Shown: positions 26,640 to 36,057, counted from the first letter of the stretch. The stretch is 36,057 bases of DNA from Candidatus Thorarchaeota archaeon (GCA_029858305.1 JAOUFI010000019.1:1-36057), one strand, 5' to 3'. Notes: generated by a model not told the origin, from the sequence alone. Program-made: numbers and translations.

Positions 26640-28937
26640 TCACATACGAAGGTAAAAACGGCTATTCATCACAGCACCTATTGGAGCTATAACCCTGCGG
26701 TCAATAAGGGATACATTATCCATCATTTTCAGGGCTCGATTGATATTCGAAAAAACAGCATTCAGATATGGTTGTGCCTCGACCATCTCTGATTCTTCAA
26801 CCATCTGAAGATATGCATTGGCGATTTTGATCAATCCTAACCAGTCCTCAGATAGAATAAAGCTATATTGGTTTTCGTCAATAGCGGGTGGAGTTCCTGG
26901 GATTGTTGCTCTATCAATATATGCTGCATAGTGGTTTTCTAGGGTCAATGCAAATCTGCGAAGTACTTGCGACAATGAGGCGGAGGTTGCTTTGATGAAT
27001 TCAACCGATTCATCGAATTCAGGTTCAATGCGTAAAACTTCACCAAAGGCTACAGCAGCGCTGTATAATCCCGTCGCCATTTCAGAATAGTCTTTATTGG
27101 CAAAAAATGCTCTGATGGTCTGAATCAGATATGTTTCACCCAACCAGTATTGTGCGAGGAGAGGATCAACACGTTGAACTTCATCATCAACAGAAGGCTG
27201 AACCCGTCGTCCTAGCTCAATGTTCAAAGATTCAAGATTTAGCTTCGTTATGGATAAAGCCGCTGTAAGTTTTGCAACATCTGCTAGCGCATTATCAGAG
27301 TTGGCCATTCTCTTTGAACGTTCAAGAAGGGTTGGCCAAGATTTCTCAAGGAAAGGAACAAGTAGTGAAACGCTTTCAATGAACAGAGATTCTTGAGGTG
27401 CATCAATCAACATCCTATCAATATCTTCGAAGAGACGTTGTAGCCGTTGGGATATGTTACGACCATGTCGTGTGATTAGCCAAACAACATCATATGTTGC
27501 AATGGCAATTTCCTCGTAGGCTCGACGGTCTGTTGGAAAAAGAGGGATATATTGAACGAGTATATTTCGGATTGGCTCCAGAAAATCATCTGAATCAGAT
27601 CGATCTGAAATCCTCATCATGGAGAGTGCGAGACCAATTCGTGTTCCTAGAAGTTCAATATCGGAAACACTGCCCTTCTTCAAGAAATCTTCACGAATCT
27701 CTTCTGCCCATTTGAATGCCTTGATTCCCAAATCCCAGAATTCAGTAGATTCTGTAGATAAACTCAACCAACCAATCGTGTTTTCTACCTTTGCCTTTTC
27801 TAGTTCTACGTCAGGCATCTCATCATCTATCTCATCCAAAATACTTCTGGCTTGGGTTAATAGCTCAATCGCCTTGTTCATACTGTCATAGTCATTCATA
27901 AAACCATGAGCAAATCCGAGCCCACACAAGGTTTTGTACACATGAAATAATTGGATAGATGTCTTATTCTCTATACCCTCGTATATTTCAAGTCCAGACT
28001 CAAGACGCTCGATTGCCTCTGAAACACCCTCTCTCCAGCCATTAGCTAGGATACTTGATCCAATCACAAGATGTGCCAATCCAACTTCATCACGACTAAC
28101 CAGATCGGACTTCAAAGCAATATCATAAAGCTCTGCGGCTTTGTCCCCAATCTTTCGTGCAACTTTATACGATATTGAATCGTCGCGAGTTTCGTTCACT
28201 GCAAGTTGGAGAGTAACTTCAGCTAGTCTGAGAGCATCTTTGCTTGAACGTGCCTCTTTCTCTAGATTGTTGAGAATGTCGCGGGATTGGTCATACATTC
28301 CAAGTTCTGTCAATACACAGGCGTAATCAAAGGTTGCTTCGAAATGTAGTTCCTTCTGTCCGGCTTCTCTGGATATTTCTATCACTCGGTTGAGTAAGAG
28401 TTCAGCACCCTCAAAGAATCCAGCTTCAATCAAAATCCAAGCAAGATAATGAACCTCATGAAGCGCAAGTGTTGTTGTACCATCATGCCTTCGGTCGTAA
28501 ATTGCACCTAACGTTAGTGAAGCTTCATCGGTCAAGAAAGGTAGAACTGGCCGCAGATTGAGTCTAATTGTAGAGGTTATTGCTTGTGACAGTTCACCTA
28601 GAATGTCCACAAGTGTTGGGAGAGCCTCAATGTCGGGCAGGAGCTCGCATTCGGATCGTCTATTACTATTCGTGTATCTAGTATCAAGTAGTATTAGTGA
28701 TTCAGGTAGAGTTCGATTTTTCTTGAAGGATAGACGAACTGCTATCTCAGTCAGTTTTGCACTCGCTAGGCCAGGCCTTCTGAGAATAATTTCCTCAATC
28801 GCCCTTGCAATATCGAATAGAAGATTAGATTCCTCGCTGTCCCTAGCTGAAATGTTTTGAATCATTGAGAGACCATCATCGAGAGAGAGGGATGCACAGA
28901 GTATATCACGTAGTGCAGTCAATAGCAAGGATTCCAC
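26640..28937 (-). CDS. Large alpha-solenoid / TPR-like protein
   Basis: 765 aa, helical composition, repeated LG/LA...A...L..A patterns (e.g. LGMYDQSRDIL, KAIELLTQA). Confidence 0.65.
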   Translation of the reverse strand: MESLLLTALRDILCASLSLDDGLSMIQNISARDSEESNLLFDIARAIEEIILRRPGLASAKLTEIAVRLSFKKNRTLPESLILLDTRYTNSNRRSECELLPDIEALPTLVDILGELSQAITSTIRLNLRPVLPFLTDEASLTLGAIYDRRHDGTTTLALHEVHYLAWILIEAGFFEGAELLLNRVIEISREAGQKELHFEATFDYACVLTELGMYDQSRDILNNLEKEARSSKDALRLAEVTLQLAVNETRDDSISYKVARKIGDKAAELYDIALKSDLVSRDEVGLAHLVIGSSILANGWREGVSEAIERLESGLEIYEGIENKTSIQLFHVYKTLCGLGFAHGFMNDYDSMNKAIELLTQARSILDEIDDEMPDVELEKAKVENTIGWLSLSTESTEFWDLGIKAFKWAEEIREDFLKKGSVSDIELLGTRIGLALSMMRISDRSDSDDFLEPIRNILVQYIPLFPTDRRAYEEIAIATYDVVWLITRHGRNISQRLQRLFEDIDRMLIDAPQESLFIESVSLLVPFLEKSWPTLLERSKRMANSDNALADVAKLTAALSITKLNLESLNIELGRRVQPSVDDEVQRVDPLLAQYWLGETYLIQTIRAFFANKDYSEMATGLYSAAVAFGEVLRIEPEFDESVEFIKATSASLSQVLRRFALTLENHYAAYIDRATIPGTPPAIDENQYSFILSEDWLGLIKIANAYLQMVEESEMVEAQPYLNAVFSNINRALKMMDNVSLIDRRVIAPIGAVMNSRFYLRM

Positions 28938-28995
28938 TCTTCAAGCCTCTCTGTAAAGATGCGGTTTGATACTCCTTTAAAGCTTTCACAGCAAA

Positions 28996-29700
28996 CTATC
29001 GCTCAATAGTGAAGTCATGCCACTCCCGAGATGTTTCCGTCCCACGCATACGTTCCATACGTACTTGATGTTTAGGAATAGGTTCGATATCATTGATTCT
29101 AAAACGAAGTACTGCATCAGCAAGATAAGAAAATGTGGCATAGGTTTTTTCATCATGTACACCTTCTTCAAGCACATACATGATACTATGAGAGCTCTGT
29201 GTGATTCTTCCACTAAGTCGTTGAATTGCCTTTGGCATTGTTGCAGGATTTGAATGGAGAATCAAGGTGGAAAGACTATCAATGACGACACGAGCAACAA
29301 CTACATTTTCTAGAACCTCTGAGAGGACTATTCCTAGCTCGCTGATGTCATCAACTTTGGCAAGAGACCTTGCAGATCCTGTTTTTGGTGCGCCCATTCT
29401 CTCCGAGTAGCCATCTATGAATACAAACTGACCTGCTGCTTCTTGTGCCTCAGTTGCCCAGCCATGACGACTCATATCATTGCGAATGACTCTGGGAGAT
29501 ACATCGGTCGTGACAAATATAGCAGGAAATCCCTGATCAATACCCTCCGCAAGAAAAGCCTCTGCGTACGTAGTCTTACCTGCTCCTAGAGGGCCAACAA
29601 GCATGTAAGATACCTGAGTCAACTGTCCAAACTTAACAAGATCACTAATCATTGGATGTGCACGTGCAGGTTTTTGTGTTGAACTCTCTGAGCTATTCAA
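28996..29700 (-). CDS. KaiC/RAD55-like RecA-fold ATPase, CII-like, degenerate catalytic site
   Basis: Walker A GPLGAGKT, Walker B VVIDSLS, SYLAD and ERMRGT; TTD replaces the catalytic EE. Confidence 0.85.
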   Translation of the reverse strand: MNSSESSTQKPARAHPMISDLVKFGQLTQVSYMLVGPLGAGKTTYAEAFLAEGIDQGFPAIFVTTDVSPRVIRNDMSRHGWATEAQEAAGQFVFIDGYSERMGAPKTGSARSLAKVDDISELGIVLSEVLENVVVARVVIDSLSTLILHSNPATMPKAIQRLSGRITQSSHSIMYVLEEGVHDEKTYATFSYLADAVLRFRINDIEPIPKHQVRMERMRGTETSREWHDFTIER

Positions 29701-29719
29701 TTTGCCACATCCCAGTCAG

Positions 29720-30466
29720 CTAGCTTCCTGGACTTATTTCGCCAGGCCAGACTCTTATACCTTCGTCTGTAATTCGCATTGAGTGTATCCTCGAGCTGTG
29801 CTTTGATCCTCTGAGCTTTAAGACCTCAATTGAACGAGAACGTGATGTGTCTGAAATCTTTTCGTTATAGAGAACAATGACTCCTGAGGCTAGAAAAGCT
29901 TCGATATCGAACACACCTAAGCCTGTTTCTTGTGCTGGAATCTCACTTGTAATCAAAAGGGTGCAGCCTGTTCGTGTGATGTTTGCTGCAAGTCTAAAGA
30001 ACTCCTCCCGGAGGATATCTCGACTTCTAAACTTATAGGCCATGATTGAGAGGGTATCAAGCACGACACGAGTAGCATTGATTTTCTTGATATGATTCAT
30101 AATTATTGCCTGTAGACCAGATAGATCGAAACTGGGGTATTCCCCTATCGTGGCAGGTGTCGCCTCCTTTGAAGGAGAAAGATCAACGATGGAAATCTTG
30201 CCCTCCTTTTCGAGCTTTTCAAGATCCATCCCAAACCTTAGCATGTTTCTCTTTATCAGGATGGGAGATTCTTCTAGAGTCACAAACACTCCTGGTTCAT
30301 TATACTCTGTGACCCCCTTGTAGATGAACTGAGTTGCAAGGATGCTTTTGCCAGTACCAGCTTTCCCTGCGATGAGAATTGTATCGCCCTTTGGAAAACC
30401 GCCCTCAATCAACTCATCAAGGCCTGGAATACCAGTCTTTACTCGTTCTATTGTATAATCACTCAT
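29720..30466 (-). CDS. KaiC-like ATPase, CI-like
   Basis: TGIPGLD..IEGG.P, GKAGTGKS, EPGVFVTLEE, RVVLD and IEVLKLRGS. Confidence 0.9.
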   Translation of the reverse strand: MSDYTIERVKTGIPGLDELIEGGFPKGDTILIAGKAGTGKSILATQFIYKGVTEYNEPGVFVTLEESPILIKRNMLRFGMDLEKLEKEGKISIVDLSPSKEATPATIGEYPSFDLSGLQAIIMNHIKKINATRVVLDTLSIMAYKFRSRDILREEFFRLAANITRTGCTLLITSEIPAQETGLGVFDIEAFLASGVIVLYNEKISDTSRSRSIEVLKLRGSKHSSRIHSMRITDEGIRVWPGEISPGS

Positions 30467-30795
30467 CAGGATTCACCCTTCTTCTTGGTCATGACCTTGG
30501 CCCCGAGTACCATCTTCATCAACATCTCTGGCTCCGGGATTCCAGTGATAGAGACTCCGCCAATCATAACTGTGGGTAGGGCAAATATACCATACTCCTC
30601 AGCAGCCTCTGGATTCTCACTTACATTGATTATTACAAGCTTGAATGTATCAAGCCCAAAGTCATTAATCGTTTCTCGAATCACTTCTTCAGCCCTTGGA
30701 CAAAACGCGCATGAATCAGATTTGAAGAACACAACCTCAATCATATTGGAATCATCCGCCTCTGACTCGGTTGGTTCAGTCTTCAAATCGCGCAC
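30466..30795 (-). CDS. Thioredoxin-fold protein with KaiB-like segment, coupled to the KaiC gene
   Basis: CAFC and INVSENPEAAEEYGIFALPT; TGATG stop/start overlap at 30468-30464; exact start uncertain. Confidence 0.8.
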   Translation of the reverse strand: MRDLKTEPTESEADDSNMIEVVFFKSDSCAFCPRAEEVIRETINDFGLDTFKLVIINVSENPEAAEEYGIFALPTVMIGGVSITGIPEPEMLMKMVLGAKVMTKKKGES

Positions 30796-30886
30796 TCCTA
30801 GGATGAAGAAACGGTACCATCAAGTAACGTGGAAATCACTTGAATGTTTTGAGAGCGTGTAATACGCATTTGAAAAAGCCATTTCT

Positions 30887-31270
30887 TCACTTATAGCCCA
30901 TAAGGATACGAATTCTTGTAGTAGCTTTTCCGATTGCTCGGGCATGGTAACGGATATTCTTCGGCACCAGAGCTCCGATAATCAATGTCTCATCGCCTCG
31001 TGCTCCTACACGTTTGAATACGGCTTTTCCATCTTGGCAGCGAAGACTGATATCCCTAATTTCACCTAGCATCAGTTCTTTCCGCACACGCTCAGCAACA
31101 TCAGCAATCATTCCACACATAGCTGCAACGATATCTTGATTGGTCTTAGGAGATGTGGCGGATGAGACTAGCAGACCATTTCCTCTTGCAAGAACAGAAG
31201 CTGAATAATTGCCTTCTTTATTCATGGTCTCTAGAATCTTTGGAAGTTCGCGATAATCTGGCCGTTCCAT
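30887..31270 (-). CDS. Roadblock/LC7 (MglB-like) protein
   Basis: SVLARGNGLLVSS...IVAAM...AERVRKELMLGEI pattern; 127 aa. Confidence 0.85.
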   Translation of the reverse strand: MERPDYRELPKILETMNKEGNYSASVLARGNGLLVSSATSPKTNQDIVAAMCGMIADVAERVRKELMLGEIRDISLRCQDGKAVFKRVGARGDETLIIGALVPKNIRYHARAIGKATTRIRILMGYK

Positions 31271-31405
31271 ATGGACACACCATCTATCCTTGGAGTACTT
31301 GTCGCATTGTGTGTTTGCCTATTAAATAGTTTGAGACTATCTATATTTCCACAGTAGAGATTTAAATGTCCATGAACCCTCTTCTTGAATGTGGAGTTGA
31401 GCTGT

Positions 31406-31954
31406 ATGTCTACAGATTACCGTTTCAAAATTGTCATGTTAGGAGACGGTGCAGTAGGCAAGACAGCCATGACTGCTAGGTTCACCCAAGACTATTTTGA
31501 AGCAGACTACAAGAGAACCATTGGCACTGATTTCTCTGTCAAGCGAATGAACATTCCTGAAATTGAGGCTCACGTCACGCTGCAAATATGGGATCTCGCA
31601 GGTCAACCCAGGTTTGAGTTTGTGCGACAAGGATTCTATAGAGGCTCTAGAGGAGGTCTCCTATTATACGACGTGACCAGACGAAGAACCTTCATCAACG
31701 CGGAAGCTTGGAAGGATGAGGCCTTCAAGAATCTGAAGGGTGAGATACCTCTTGTTTTGGTAGCTAACAAGGTGGATCTCACTGACAGTAGAGCTGTAAC
31801 AACCGAAGAAGGCGAGGAATTCGCCAAAAAGAATGGATTCCTGTACGTCGAGTCGAGTGCTCTCACAGGTGAAAATGTAGAACAAGCCTACATTGAGTTA
31901 TGTAAAATCATGATTGAAGAGGGAAAAACGAAATCTAGTGGACCAATAATATAG
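31406..31954 (+). CDS. Rab-like small GTPase
   Basis: GDGAVGKT, TIGTDF, QIWDLAGQ, FYRG, NKVD and ESSA; no C-terminal Cys; start ATG 31406. Confidence 0.93.
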   Translation: MSTDYRFKIVMLGDGAVGKTAMTARFTQDYFEADYKRTIGTDFSVKRMNIPEIEAHVTLQIWDLAGQPRFEFVRQGFYRGSRGGLLLYDVTRRRTFINAEAWKDEAFKNLKGEIPLVLVANKVDLTDSRAVTTEEGEEFAKKNGFLYVESSALTGENVEQAYIELCKIMIEEGKTKSSGPII

Positions 31955-31961
31955 CCACAGT

Positions 31962-33092
31962 TCATTGGCGCGTGTTTCCTTTTAACAGTCCCAGAGCTCG
32001 CTTGCATTGCCAGACAACATAGAACATACGTTTTGTCTGTAGTGTTTCCTCATCATATTGTGCATAGAGTGCTTCGTATTTCTGAATGAACTCATCTCTG
32101 CGATTCGGATCGTTTGTTGATTCTATCTCCTTCAATAATAACTGAAATGGCTCAAGCATTTCATTCATATCCTCTACTTCCCACCGAATGATGGCTCCAG
32201 TGCCATCAGCAGTAAGGAAAGCATTACGAGATGGATACCATTCTATCCCATCAATCTCGCCCATTGTGGATGCTTCACCCTGAACTGTCTGGGTAGCAAC
32301 ATCCCAAAGATAGATTGTCCTATCACCAGACCCTGATGCGAGATAGCGCCCATCACTACTGAACCCCAATGAACGAACTTCGCTCTCATGACGTTGAAGT
32401 GTTTGTTCTAATTTCATTGGTTTGAATGTTGCATTCCATAATAGCATTGTCAAATCCGACGAACCAGACACAAGGCGGGATCCATCAGGATTGAAGCGCA
32501 CCTCTCTGACCGCAGCCCTATGGTCATCATGACGAGCAATCATCGCCCCAGTTTCTGCATTCCATTCGCAGATGTTTGCATCTACAGAGCCAGATACGAT
32601 ACGACTACCTTGCGGATCCCAATCAACTGTGACAACATAGAATCCATGACCCTTCATCTGACGAATCAATGAGCGATTTTCAACATCCCAGATAATGAGA
32701 GTTGTATCCCCACTTCCTGATACAAGCTTATTCCCATCAGGGGAGAACGAGAGAGACAATACAGGGTATGTATGTCCTTCTAGTATCCCAATACATTCGC
32801 CTGAACGTATATCCCAGAGCTTCACTAATCTCTCAACTGTTCCAGAGGCAACAATATCGCCTCTCGGACTGAACGCAAGAGAGGTGCTGAGAAAATCATC
32901 CTGCATCCGTTGCATCTCTGTGCAGTCATCAGCTGCATAAAGTCGAATACTTCGGTCTTGAAGAGCTGCTGCAAACATACGACCTACACGATTCATTGCA
33001 AAACGACGTGTTATCTCAGAGCCATGTTCTGCCTGTGGCTTGAGGATTGTAGGCTTCAAAAAGATGCTTAGCTCGTCATGCTCCATTGACAT
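31962..33092 (-). CDS. WD40 beta-propeller protein with short helical C-terminus
   Basis: About 7 repeats with GH...FSPDG..LVSGS.D..WD consensus; start taken at ATG 33092. Confidence 0.92.
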   Translation of the reverse strand: MSMEHDELSIFLKPTILKPQAEHGSEITRRFAMNRVGRMFAAALQDRSIRLYAADDCTEMQRMQDDFLSTSLAFSPRGDIVASGTVERLVKLWDIRSGECIGILEGHTYPVLSLSFSPDGNKLVSGSGDTTLIIWDVENRSLIRQMKGHGFYVVTVDWDPQGSRIVSGSVDANICEWNAETGAMIARHDDHRAAVREVRFNPDGSRLVSGSSDLTMLLWNATFKPMKLEQTLQRHESEVRSLGFSSDGRYLASGSGDRTIYLWDVATQTVQGEASTMGEIDGIEWYPSRNAFLTADGTGAIIRWEVEDMNEMLEPFQLLLKEIESTNDPNRRDEFIQKYEALYAQYDEETLQTKRMFYVVWQCKRALGLLKGNTRQ

Positions 33093-33308
33093 CACGCGCG
33101 GCGTAATCAAAGGCCCGTAAATATGTTGTGAAAGAGAATCTGAGGAATATTCAAGATAGTAGATTATCATGTCTACCTGTTTCAAAATTATATTTCAATA
33201 ATGATTTGCTAGGAAAATTGAATGAGCACATTTCAATTCTCAAAAAAAGGGAACTCCATCATACTTATTTTATTGAAAGGATTGCAATTGCGCAGAGGAA
33301 ACAATGTA

Positions 33309-34196
33309 ATGTGGATACTGACACTACTCCTAATTGGTGGGTCTTTATGCATTTGGATATTTACAGCAATAACGTTCCAAAAACAGCTACGCTTTGCTAC
33401 TCTGCTGTTTGATCTGCTTCCATTTTATCCACTAATAGAAGTAGTAGCAGCAATATCTTTCACTATTGGGTTGCATTTATGGTTACCATTAGAGTATGTG
33501 ATATTTTTCGGTTGCATAGGATGGGTAATAGCACTCCTGTTGATGCATCAGTTCATAAAATGGGGAAGAGGGTATCGTTTAGATCAATATCGGATGTTTT
33601 TACATACAATTAAAGATGATAGATTTGAGATTGTACTCTTCAATGACCATCTACATGGTGAGTTTAGTAAGAATAAGGTAAATGTCTTGTTACGACACGA
33701 TGTAGATATTTCACTCTCGCGGGCTAGAAAAATGTATGAGATTGAAAAGGAGCAAGGAATCAAATCTACCTACTTCTTTCGCATGCATGCAGAGAAGTAT
33801 AGCTATAATGAAGCAAAATCATTGATTGCACAACTTGTCAATGATGGCTATGGAATTGGTTTGCATTACGATGAACTTTCATTCACTAGGGGAAACAAAG
33901 AGAAAGCAATTGCGTTGTTTAAAGAGGATCTATCAGAACTTCGTAAAATCGGAACAACGCATATTGTTTGTGCCCATGGACATAGTAAATACAAGAATCG
34001 TGCGATGTGGGAAGAATTAGATCGTGAATCCCTGCAGGTTTGGTCAGCCTATGACATAATACATGATTTGTACATCAGCGAAGCGGGTGGAAAAAGAATA
34101 GTAGATTCAGAAGGTAAACATATCCTTCAAAAAATAGAAGAAACTACAATAGGGCAAGTTATACAGGTGCTAATTCACCCCGATTGGTGGTTTTAG
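33309..34196 (+). CDS. Membrane-anchored polysaccharide deacetylase-like protein
   Basis: About 3 N-terminal TM segments; LLRHDVD, STYFF, IGLHY and LIHP.WW; start uncertain (33222 or 33309). Confidence 0.75.
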   Translation: MWILTLLLIGGSLCIWIFTAITFQKQLRFATLLFDLLPFYPLIEVVAAISFTIGLHLWLPLEYVIFFGCIGWVIALLLMHQFIKWGRGYRLDQYRMFLHTIKDDRFEIVLFNDHLHGEFSKNKVNVLLRHDVDISLSRARKMYEIEKEQGIKSTYFFRMHAEKYSYNEAKSLIAQLVNDGYGIGLHYDELSFTRGNKEKAIALFKEDLSELRKIGTTHIVCAHGHSKYKNRAMWEELDRESLQVWSAYDIIHDLYISEAGGKRIVDSEGKHILQKIEETTIGQVIQVLIHPDWWF

Positions 34197-34342
34197 TTGA
34201 GAGGGAAGATGATATTTGATTTTCAACTCGGGTAATAATGAATTCGAAAAGACCTCATGCTATCATAAATACAATTTTCAATTCTCTCAACATTCCAATA
34301 AGATGAATTCTAGACCAAGAGGGAAATTCAGGAGGGTGTTCA

Positions 34343-35563
34343 TTGTCTAGAAAACCAGATAGAGTCGTGTCAAGAGCATTAGGGGGCGGAGAATCAGTCA
34401 ATCGTCTAAAGAAGGCAATGAAGAATATCTTCAAGTCATCTGAGGATAAGATCCAGAAAATGCTGGATGAAATTACAAGTATTCAAGCCTGTAGAGACGC
34501 TGCGTTGACAGGAGATGATGATTTACGACTACTTGCAATTTGTAGATTAGGTGAATTTGGAGCGGAGGCCTACGAATCTCTTGATATTGCATTAAACGAT
34601 GAAAATCCCATCATTCGAACCGTAGCAGCAGGTATGTTGGCATACACAAAGAGAAGTGATGCTTTGCCAATTCTCAAAGAGCATACGAATGACAACAACA
34701 CCACTGTGAAGGAAACAGTGGAATTTGCGTCAGAGTGGTTACTACGATATGGAAAAGAAGCTCCAAGAGGGAAAACAATACCTAAATCCCTTGAGAACCC
34801 AACCGAGATTCTCATTGATACCGAACCAATTCCTCTCCGAACAACCGATGATGTCTTGGTAGTTAATGAGTATACAATAACATCCGATACGCTCGAATAT
34901 GGTATAACCATCAAGAATGAGGGCAGTACTCCAATCAATGATGTTTCTGTGAGAATTCTTACATACCCACAGGAAGCGATCATACTTGTAGACCCTATGA
35001 CTCAAATGATAGAAACTATAGATTCAGGAGACTCGGGTTCACTCATTTTTGGATTTTCAATTTATGGAGAGTGCATCGAGGGTGAGATTATAACATCTGT
35101 AAACCTCGTGGACTCAAAAGGGGAAGTTCTCTCAGCAAAGGCAGGGAATGTATTCGTACGTTCGCTATTCAATCAATTCAATCCTCTTGAAACGGCTGCT
35201 GACGATTTTATTCGCCTGAAAACTGACATGAAACAATGGAACAGGGAGCATACTATTCTTGCTGAAGCAACTGAACTTCATGAATCTGTACTGCTTATTC
35301 TCGAAGGCAAAAACCTTCATGTGTTCCAAAGGGATGCTATAGAAAGAGAGGGTGTTTTCATGGGAGTGCAGACAGGACTCGCAGAGGGCAAGTTCAGTAA
35401 AACTAGAATTGCCGTGACCATGACAGTTGTCGGCAGTATGAATGATAGTCTATCAAAGATGAGAATTGATATTTTTGCAGATGATCCCGAGATACTTCAG
35501 ACAGCTGCCAGTGACCTCTTTGAAACAATACAGAGAGACCTTGGAGTGCTAGAAGAAAAATAA
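34343..35563 (+). CDS. HEAT-repeat protein with C-terminal beta-sandwich + platform (COP/adaptin appendage-like)
   Basis: HEAT units (ALNDENPIIRTVAA, NDNNTTVKETV), linker, then YGITIKNEGSTPINDVSV sandwich and an alpha/beta tail. Confidence 0.65.
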   Translation: MSRKPDRVVSRALGGGESVNRLKKAMKNIFKSSEDKIQKMLDEITSIQACRDAALTGDDDLRLLAICRLGEFGAEAYESLDIALNDENPIIRTVAAGMLAYTKRSDALPILKEHTNDNNTTVKETVEFASEWLLRYGKEAPRGKTIPKSLENPTEILIDTEPIPLRTTDDVLVVNEYTITSDTLEYGITIKNEGSTPINDVSVRILTYPQEAIILVDPMTQMIETIDSGDSGSLIFGFSIYGECIEGEIITSVNLVDSKGEVLSAKAGNVFVRSLFNQFNPLETAADDFIRLKTDMKQWNREHTILAEATELHESVLLILEGKNLHVFQRDAIEREGVFMGVQTGLAEGKFSKTRIAVTMTVVGSMNDSLSKMRIDIFADDPEILQTAASDLFETIQRDLGVLEEK

Positions 35564-35574
35564 GAGCCTTCTTT

Positions 35575-36057
35575 CTATGTGAGTCCGCCTGCTTCAAGGA
35601 TTTTGATTGCTAACTCTAGGAAAGCAGCCTCAACATTTATTCCTGTCTTTGCACTTGTTTCAAGAAATGATGTAATGACACCTTGATTCGCAATCTTTTC
35701 TGCGAGTTTCTGTCCTTCCTCAGTGGTCACAATGGTCTGAGCCATCACAGGATTGTCTTTGAATTGATCCCTTAGGTCTATCTTATTGGCGATTAGAACA
35801 ATAGGTATCTTCTTACCAGCATTTGTCCAGCATTCATCCACCCAGTTCATGAGATTGTCAAAAGACCCACGTTCAACTGTAGAATAAACTGCTAGCGCAC
35901 CCTGTGCGCCTCTATAGAAAGTGGAACGTACACTCTTGAAGTGTTCCTGGCCTGCGAGATCCCAAATCTGAATGCTAACATCATGACCACCCTCAAGTTG
36001 CATCTTCTTGACAGCAAAATCAGCACCGATAGTGATCATGTAGTTGGCTCGGAAACC
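35575..36057 (-). CDS. Rab-like small GTPase, 5' end beyond the window
   Basis: Frame open to the window end (GFRANYMITIGADF); QIWDLAGQE, FYRGA, NKID and ETSAK. Confidence 0.92.
   Translation of the reverse strand, partial: GFRANYMITIGADFAVKKMQLEGGHDVSIQIWDLAGQEHFKSVRSTFYRGAQGALAVYSTVERGSFDNLMNWVDECWTNAGKKIPIVLIANKIDLRDQFKDNPVMAQTIVTTEEGQKLAEKIANQGVITSFLETSAKTGINVEAAFLELAIKILEAGGLT

Noticed and set aside
1-36057. tRNA, rRNA, transposase or integrase genes
   Set aside because: None recognised by eye in intergenic gaps or ORFs; tRNAscan-SE and Rfam would be needed to exclude small RNAs.

Overview
Archaeal chromosomal fragment. An Asgard archaeon, most likely Thorarchaeota, is inferred from the Rab-like GTPases, a roadblock protein, an EF-2 paralogue and membrane-anchored surface proteins. 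The left part (1-9.7 kb) is metabolic: Zn-ADH, tusA-iscS-iscU (IscU fused to a degenerate thioredoxin-reductase-like domain), a trans-sulfuration lyase and adenosine deaminase. The middle (9.8-19.7 kb) is a run of accessory genes: S8 and C11 proteases, a frameshifted beta-helix protein, an LLM oxidoreductase and a surface protein. It lies directly downstream of a class III ribonucleotide reductase (nrdD). Two intergenic spacers there contain unannotated, synonymously diverged copies of the nrdD 3' end (18193-18267 and 17234-17297), which points to serial gene-cassette capture at nrdD. A structured leader precedes the redoxin-nrdD operon, which is divergent from thymidylate synthase. The right part (26.6-36 kb) is a eukaryotic-signature island. 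It holds a roadblock / KaiB-like thioredoxin / split KaiC (CI-like + CII-like) / TPR operon, two Rab-like GTPases, a WD40 propeller and a HEAT + COP/adaptin-appendage-like protein. No rRNA, tRNA, CRISPR, integrase or transposase was recognised. All family calls are by-eye motif recognition; no searches were run.
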